DNA of 64,000 nt, taken from the human T2T-CHM13v2.0 reference genome, Homo sapiens. Where the stretch lies: the NCBI RefSeq assembly GCF_009914755.1, contig NC_060929.1. One strand, written 5' to 3'. The notes under the pieces were generated by a model that made no database searches, was not told where the DNA came from, and worked only from the letters and a program-made list of their open reading frames with translations. The position numbers and the translations under genes were made by a program. Below are positions 56,600 to 64,000 of this stretch, one piece after another (within the stretch, counting starts at the first letter, position 1; every line of letters starts with the position of its first letter).

Positions 56600-58045
56600 T
56601 CTTTCTAGAGTCCTTTCATTTTAGTAAAATATTACTTGCATTGTAAATCTGATAGCAAAAAATTTTCTCCATTTTTTAATGTATGTGGTAATTTTTCATT
56701 TTTTTCTCCAGATTTGTTTTCTTGGATACAGAATTTTAATTTGATACTTTTTGTTTGTTTTTACTTTCAGCACTTTTCAATATGTTTCCCATAGCCTCCT
56801 GTCCTCCATGGTTTTCAGTGAAAAATCAGCTGTTAATCTTATTGAGAATCTGTTATACATGATAAGGCACTTCACTCTTACTGCTCTAAAGATTCTCTTT
56901 TTGTCTTTGCCTTTCAATAGTTTGACTATGATGAGTCTAGGTGTGGAACTGTTTGAGTTTTTACTACTGAGAGACTGTTACATTTCTTGGATTTGTGGAG
57001 TCATATTTTTCCTCAATGTTTGGAAACTTTGGGGCTTTTATTTCTTCAAATATTTTTTATTCCATTCTTTCTCTTTTTCTCCTACTGGATTTCCATTATG
57101 CATGTATCAGCAGGCTTGATGATGTCTTATAGGTCTTTGAGACTCAGTTCATTTTTCTTTTTCTTTCTTGTCCTCAATCTGGATGATTAAATTGACATAT
57201 CTTCAAGTTTGTTATTTTGTCTATGTTCTTAAATTTGCTGTTTAGCTCCCATTGTGAGGATTTCATTTTAGTTTTTTATTTTTAAATTACAGAATTTCTA
57301 TTTGTTTTCTTTATATAATGTCCATCTCCCTATTGCTATTCTCTAATGTGACAATATTGTCATAAATTCTTTTTAGTCATGGCTCTTTTTACTTTTTAAA
57401 CATATTAAAGTAGCTGATGTAAATTATTTGCCATGAATAGGTTTAAACTTTTCAAAGACCCTATGGATATATACTTCTCCATGTTTTTCTTGTAAGCTTT
57501 TTGATTAGTCTTTTGTTTGCTTTAATTCTTGTCTACTGCCCCAGGGAGCTGCAAAGTTAAACAATTATCTGTAATTTTTTTCAATATACACCCCAAGGAA
57601 AAGGTTTTTCCTACTGGTTGAGCTCAAAATAATGTTAAAAAAAAGACAGTTTTGCAAATGAGATCTTCCAGAGAATCACCTGGCAGGTCAAATAATGAAA
57701 AGTATGTTGGGCTTTGAAAGAGTTACAACTCTTTTTCTGCTCCTCTGTTGGCTGTCAGGTTGTTGGTTTTCACTGTGATTACAGACTGGTGGTTTTCACG
57801 GTTATCACCAAGATAGAGAACTGGGATAGTGATGAAGACAAGTTAAAATGCCACAGAGGTAACTGTTCTTACTGAGATTCAGCTGCTTTTATTGGCTATA
57901 TAGCCCCAGAATTGCTGCAAGCCTTTGGTTAATTTCCAGAGTTCTGAAAAAGTTGATTCTGACAATTGTTGCAAGATTCCTAATTGCTTACATGTAGAAG
58001 AAAAATTTTGGAAGTTTCTAATGTGCTGTTTTCACTAAAGTCATG
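56600..58045 (-). mobile_element. Old L1M4/ME-type ORF1 and 5' region
   Basis: GAAAAATCAGCTGTTAATCTTATTGAG...; GTTAATTTCCAGAGTTCTGAAAAAGTTGATTCTGACA. Confidence 0.7.
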
Positions 58046-59629
58046 TCTCCTGAAAACCTATTTACTTGGAAGATAACTTTATTTTCCCCTTTGTGTTACA
58101 GCAACAGATTTTAAATATATTTTGAATCAAACTGTTTTTTTCAGCAGAAGGGGCCATGCACAAACAAGATCCAGATCATTGTTAACTATCATCATTCATG
58201 GCAGTATAATTGGTTTAACAATCCTTACAACAGGGTTCCATCAGCATTACGAGATAAAAAGAATCAAAGTAAATGTCTAAGCAAGATAAGAACAGTTCTA
58301 TAATAACTTATATAATTATCACATACAAATAGTCTCAAAAATCAACATTAATTAGGAAAGTATGGACTCTAAGGCATTGGTAGAAACCAAATTGTACACT
58401 GATGTACATATTCTGAAATATGATAGGGAAGCACAAATCCTGTTATTTTAAATAGTGACAGACGTCTTTGCAACTTATGTGTTCTTGGAAGTCGTTCAAA
58501 TGTAAAAGCACCCTTTTGAAGATAAACATTGAATACTGAGAGATGGTTGCTTTAAATTTACCAATTAAAATTTCTCACTTGGAAAATAGAAGACTGCTGT
58601 CTCAAGTATACAGTTTCAAGAAAATCAAAACCAGTGGAATACAAAAGATATTTTTGAGAAACATGGAGTACCAGGCTGGAAAATTTAGAGGTAGGGCCTA
58701 TTTAATTTAAAAGTCAAAGTGGCTTTTATTAAATGTTTATTGGAGCAGATCTAATAAACATGTTTGTTGTGCTACAAAGAAAACTTAAGTTTAAACAGTT
58801 CGATTAAAGATTTCCCCCGGGTAATTCATGATAGAATAGTTAGAGAAAAGCCATATTGTATAAAATTTTCCATTGTTGTGCGTTTAAATGTGATATCCTA
58901 AGTGTTTGGATTGCAAGTAGACAGAATTATTGTTTCATTTAAAAATTGTGGCTTGAATGACAACAGTTTTTTAAATAACTCAAGGCTCACCAACTCACAA
59001 CCATTTTTATCTGATTAATTTTATGTTCTATATCATTTGCCAAACTGTCCTACATGAAATCTCTAAAGTCCCCAAGCTTGTTGTCATTCAAAAACTCATC
59101 TGTCAATTGGCTTTTTCTCAATTTGTCATTTGTCAATTACACTTTTTTCCATAAAAATAATCTTATAAATCATAGTTTGATTTTAGATCAGACCACAGAT
59201 TTCTAAGAATAAAATGTGTGCTGTATATAGAGTAATGGTGATAAAGACTTAGGATTATAGACTTGGGAATGGGTGAATTGATTTAATGAGGATAAGTTTT
59301 TCTTTTTCCTATTTATGGAAGACTGGCCAATCTTAAGAAACTTTAAAAGGAAAATACAAGTTTGCTTTTAATGTACACCCTATCTTCGTTTTAGGCCTCC
59401 CTTTTAACTGCTTCTTGATGTATTTTTTTCATACATACTTAACATCCTCAGTCATATAAGTTTTAAATAAGCAAAAGATAATCTGTTCTTTATACATCAA
59501 ATGTTTTCACTTTCCCTGTACTGAAATTCCATGCTACCAGCTATTATCTAGAAAGCAGTCAGACAGACTTAATTCCCACAAGGTTATGATTGATATTTGT
59601 AGTTTTGCACTGGTTAAATGTGAGGAGAA

Positions 59630-59860
59630 GGATGGCTATCTGGTTTGATTATCTATTAACTTGAATCTGTGCTGTGTCACTTACTAGTTGCATGATGCTA
59701 GGCAAGTTTCTTTCCATACCTCAATTTCTCCATTTATAAACATCAAAGAATAATAGTCCTATGTCATACTGACTCATATCATTGGGAGTAAACAATGATA
59801 TACTATATCACTGCATTTAGGACTATGCCTGAAATAGAGTAATTAGCAATAAAGATCAAT
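59630..59860 (+). mobile_element. MIR
   Basis: CACTTACTAGTTGCATGA...GGCAAGTT...CCTCAATTTCTCCATTTATAAA. Confidence 0.65.
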
Positions 59861-60090
59861 TTTTACTCTCAGTAAGAGAATCTTTAATTTGTGAAATCCC
59901 ATCGTAACCAAGTAAATTGAATGAAAGTAAGAGCATGCCTAGAGGACATTTTTGAAAAAGAGATGACAAACTCAAATTATCTTTGCCTAGGAGTGGCTTC
60001 TCTCAGCTTGTCCTTGCCTCTTTTCTTTCTTCAACAATTAACCAGAATTTGGCTCTCTTTAAAGTCTCATTTGATTTGCTTGCTTGGTTT

Positions 60091-60393
60091 TTGTCTTTTT
60101 GTTTTGTTTTGTTTTGAGACGGAGTTTCATTCTTGTCACCCAGGCTGGAGTGCAATGGCACGATCTCACTGCAACCTCCACCTCCCAAGCTCAAGGGATT
60201 CTCCTGCCTCAGCCTCCTGAGTAGCTGGGATTACAGGCATCTGCCACCACACCCGGCTAATTTTTGTATTTTTAGTAGAGACGGGGTTTCACCAGGTTGG
60301 CCAGGCTGGTCTTGAACTCCTGATCTCAGGTCATCCACCCGCTTCGGCCTCCCAAAGTGCTAGGATTATAGGCGTGAGCCACCATGCCTGGCC
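60091..60393 (-). mobile_element. AluSq/Sx-like
   Basis: TSD TGCTTGC(T/C)TG(G/T)TTT at 60077-90 and 60394-407. Confidence 0.93.
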
Positions 60394-60409
60394 TGCTTGC
60401 CTGTTTTAA

Positions 60410-60873
60410 TAGTAGTTTATTACAGCTGCTCAAATAAATTATCACAAATTTTGTGGCTTAAAACAACTCAAATTTATTATCTTAAAATGCTAGTGGTCAG
60501 AAGCCTAACAACAGGTCTGTAAGACTAAAATCAAACTGCCAAAAGAGCTATGTTCTTTCTGGAGGCCCTGGGGGTGAAACTTCTTTGCTTCTAGAGGGTA
60601 TCCAAATTCCTTGGCTCATGGCCATCTTCCAACAATGGCATCACCCTGACGTAATCCTCCACCATCACATTTCCTTATTCTGACTTTTACCTTCTTATAA
60701 GGACTCTTGTGATTAAATTGGACAGACATACCAGGTAATCCAGTATAATCCGCCCATCTCAAGATCCTGAAATTAATCACACAAAGTCCCTTTTGCCATC
60801 CAAGGTAACATATTCACAGGTTCTGGGGACTGGAATGTGCTCATATTTGTGGCCCATTTCTCTTTCTCTCACA
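60410..60873 (-). mobile_element. MLT1C-like solo LTR
   Basis: GTGGCTTAAAACAAC...ATTCCTTGGCTCATGGCC...AAAGTCCCTTTTGCCAT...AAGGTAACATATTCACAGGTTCTGGGGA. Confidence 0.85.
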
Positions 60874-61009
60874 GTTTTATTACAGCAGATGAGGAGAAAA
60901 CAAAGTGAATAGAAGCCTTCCATATATACATACACATATATACGTAAATTATATATAATGGAACATTATATATATTCATATATACTTATATATATATTAA
61001 AATGGAACA

Positions 61010-61215
61010 GAATATTTACTAGTATCCCTTAATCACTGACTATGCTAAGTTCTTTAAGTATATTATAAAGCTGATCACACTAACTTATGAAGAACATATT
61101 ACTACTTCCGTTTTATATAGATGAGCAAACAGATTTGAGAGGAGTTAAATAACTTGATCAATACCTCAAAGCCCATAAGTACGAAAACACATTCAAGTGA
61201 AAGGCCCTGCTTTTC
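61010..61215 (-). mobile_element. MIR
   Basis: TTTTATATAGATGAGCAAACAGA...GTTAAATAACTTG. Confidence 0.6.
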
Positions 61216-61469
61216 CAAGTTGGTAATAAACCTTAGCCTATTTTGTAAACATCCCCTAAGAATAACAGTTCTGAATTTCAAACTGTTCTGGTTATCTATC
61301 TATCTGTATGGATGAAGAGCTTTCACTAAAATAGGGTAACAAGAATTTTTTGAAAACAAACTGAGGTAAGTGAAACAAAATTTTAACACTAGCGATAGAC
61401 TAACTTTGAATAAATTAACTCACATATCCTCTCTGATCCTCCATTTCAGTACATGTCAATGATTAAGTG

Positions 61470-61473
61470 TATA

Positions 61474-61518
<45 letters not shown>
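61470..61518. repeat. (TA)n microsatellite
   Basis: About 24 TA units with one TG interruption. Confidence 0.95.
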
Positions 61519-61521
<3 letters not shown>

Positions 61522-62988
61522 ATTCTCTAGCCTTTAAGAGAGCAGTGACCACTCCTGTCTTACTCAGTAATATAATTCCACTGCTTAGCATAGTAAGCAT
61601 GCACTGCACAGCATAGATGCTCAGTAAGTATTTGTTGAATTAATATTCTATCTACCTCACAGGACATAGCATAACATATTTCTAAATAACCTGAAATGTT
61701 TAAAGGACAAGTCTTCTGGTCTATACGTACTAGTAACTTCATTTCACTTTGAAATACCCTTTCTTAGGGCACTTATAAGAATATACTTCTTGCATATTCT
61801 TACATAAATCTGGTAGTTAGATATAATTGCCCAACTATATTTCCATAAATAATTGAGAGTTTGAATGATGGACTAAGTTTGTAAGTATTTGGAGAATCAT
61901 GAGAAAATAAAAAGCAAACATTTTCTAGTGAACTTGAAAAGTGGTTAGGTAAAAAGAATTAGGGAGTAGCGAAGGATGTGAATGCAAGATGAGAGTTCTC
62001 AGGAGAAAGGCGTTTAGATATACTGCAATGTTGACCAAAGTGAACAGCAACTGATGGGGGGCTATAATGGACATACACTGGGTAATATTTGTGAGAGGGT
62101 GAAAAAGGCTTAGAAATGTAGTTTGAAACACATGATTTAAAATTTTGCTTTAATGTGTAATACTGATTGATTTTCTGAAAAAGATACCTTATGTTTTTAA
62201 AAATGAATTTCACATTTACACTGTTCCCGATGTAGTCATAGTAACATTTTTATATAAAAAGTATATGCTGCTGAATCACATTAACCACACATTATTCATA
62301 CATGAGAACATGTTCTTGTTCAAGTTGACTGCCTAGCTGAGCCTTTTATACTTGTGAATTCCGTTATTAGGATGCAACATTCTATGTTTTGGGAAAATGA
62401 ACAGAGAAAATATATGATAATTTTTCACAGGCTTAAAGTGAAATTGGTTTTTTATTAAGAAGATGTGCTTAGACATACTATTGCTGGATGCACTGGACTT
62501 AGCTTCAGCAGCAGAGAGCTGAGGGCAGGATGAGAAAAGTTAAAAGTCTTGCTTCTCCAGGGAACAAAGCTCTTGGCTAGGAGCTGGGGAGAATGGAAGC
62601 CCAGTGTTCTTGGCTGTAGCTATCTGGGGTGGAGTCTCTGCCTTGCTGAGTTGGGGTGATGGAGGAGTCCTGGGGCAACTGAAGGCATCTGGCCAAGGCC
62701 ACTCCTTGGTGTTGCTAGAAAGCCCCCAGACTGAACCCAGTTCCCAACTGCCCACCAGTCAAGGCATCAGTTAAGACCTCCAGACTTTTCTCTGGTTATC
62801 TTTCCTTTCTTCTTTCATGGTTTGAAATAGCTCCTATCTCTACTTTTATAATTTTAATGATTTTTATATAGGCTGCACAAATGTTATTAAGTAGAATCAG
62901 CATTTGGCTCAGCAATCAGATATACAATTCAGAACTACATGATTTCCATCTGTTCTTAGAGATGTCATCCCCACCCCAACACCCACAG

Positions 62989-63208
62989 CCATGGGTGCAG
63001 GCTGCCCACAGTAGCTCCTCTCCTCATTCCCTCCCCTCCAGACTGGGGCACCTGGGCATATTCACCGAGTGCATGTGCAGTGCCCAACAGGGTGGGAATG
63101 AGCTGCACACATCGCCCCGGGCCAGGGCAGCCTCACGTGCCAGGGACCCCAGGCAGCTGGCTGGCCAGGGCATTCCACTTGCTATCCCCTCTGGCTAGGC
63201 ACCCATAG
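62989..63208. mobile_element. hAT-Tip100 MITE (MER115/Zaphod-like)
   Basis: Terminal inverted repeats CCATGGGTGC / GCACCCATAG around a GC-rich 220-bp body; starts CCATGGGTGCAGGCTGCCCA. Confidence 0.55.
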
Positions 63209-63209
63209 A

Positions 63210-64000
63210 GTCTTTCTTCCCCTGGCCAAGGAGTTCAACTCGGTCCAAACTGGTGGAGAGATAGAGTGATTAAAGGAAAACATTTGCAAACCTCACCCTT
63301 TATCCCTTAAACTGTTTTATTTCCTTTTTCCTTTCTGTGTAAGAGAGTTCTTTTCCTACCTTGGCACTGTGCTTATGATAGGGAGGCAACGGAGGAGTGA
63401 CCCCCGACTGGCTAATAACTGCAAGTTTGGTAGGGCCCAGGGAGGCAACGGAGGAGTGACCCCCGACTGGCTAATAACTGCAAGTTTGGTAGGGCCCAGG
63501 GAGGCAACGGAGGAGTGACCCCCGACTGGCTAATAACTGCAAGTTTGGTAGGGCCCATCGGGGGCTTAATCTGAATGGACCCAGGCACACCCTGAGACAC
63601 CTTTTTTTTTTTTCTCAAACTTGATTCCAAGCTTCGGGTTGAAGCCCTAGAAAGGAAAACCAGATCTGAGGGATCCAAAATGAGACAACAGGCACAGTGT
63701 AAATGGGCAGGACTGATTCCTGCTGATTAAGCTCCAGCTTCATAGAAGGAGGCCACGCTCCATGACATAGATAAGGCCCAGGGAACCCAAGGGTTGCTGA
63801 CAGTAGTGGGGATGGGGGCATAGGTGAGTGAAGACAATTCCTATCTCTAGGCCCCTGCCGTTTCACAAGTGCGGGCCTCAATGGCACCTGTGGGTGGCAT
63901 CCATCTAAGGTCACCAGGTCTCAGGGATTAAAAAGATGGAAGACAAAGCAGAGATGCCTGCTTTCTGTCTCCTTCACACACCAAGTTTCTGCTGAAAGAA
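63210..64000 (+). mobile_element. ERV1 (MER4-group) internal leader region, runs off the window
   Basis: TTGATTCCAAGCTTCGGGTTGAAGCCCTAGAAAGGAAAACCAGATCTGAGGGATCCAAA resembles the MER4-group internal leader as recalled. Confidence 0.55.
63380..63556. repeat. Perfect 59-bp tandem triplication
   Basis: Three identical units AGGGAGGCAACGGAGGAGTGACCCCCGACTGGCTAATAACTGCAAGTTTGGTAGGGCCC starting at 63380, 63439 and 63498. Confidence 0.97.

Noticed and set aside
62470-62790. GC-richer island as a promoter
   Set aside because: No CpG enrichment or core promoter evidence; probably an old repeat I cannot assign.
63380-63556. CRISPR-like array
   Set aside because: Units are head-to-tail with no spacers, there are no cas genes, and the DNA is primate.

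Overview
This is AT-rich primate (human or ape-like) non-coding DNA, intergenic or deep intronic, and more than half of it is transposon-derived. The evidence is AluJ/S/Y copies, an L1PA2/3-type L1 and ERV9 LTR12 elements. I found no credible host protein-coding exon, RNA gene or CRISPR array. Nearly all ORFs in the track come from Alu, L1 or LTR sequence; the only real protein frame is the C-terminal part of L1 ORF2 at 36350-37633. Main structures: an old antisense L1 carrying an Alu+FAM stack and a solo LTR12C (2-6.9 kb); a multi-layer nest of L1s with an LTR-like piece (9.6-20.4 kb); a near-complete MLT1 provirus (27.4-29.9 kb); a young twin-primed L1 with a 13-bp TSD and a probable short 3' transduction (36.2-37.9 kb); several solo LTRs with TSDs; and a perfect 3x59-bp repeat in an old ERV1 internal sequence (63.4 kb). 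I cannot support a wholly new biological system. The best leads are individual retrotransposition or duplication events and a few motif clusters in unique DNA. Subfamily names come from recalled consensus sequences and need RepeatMasker/Dfam confirmation.
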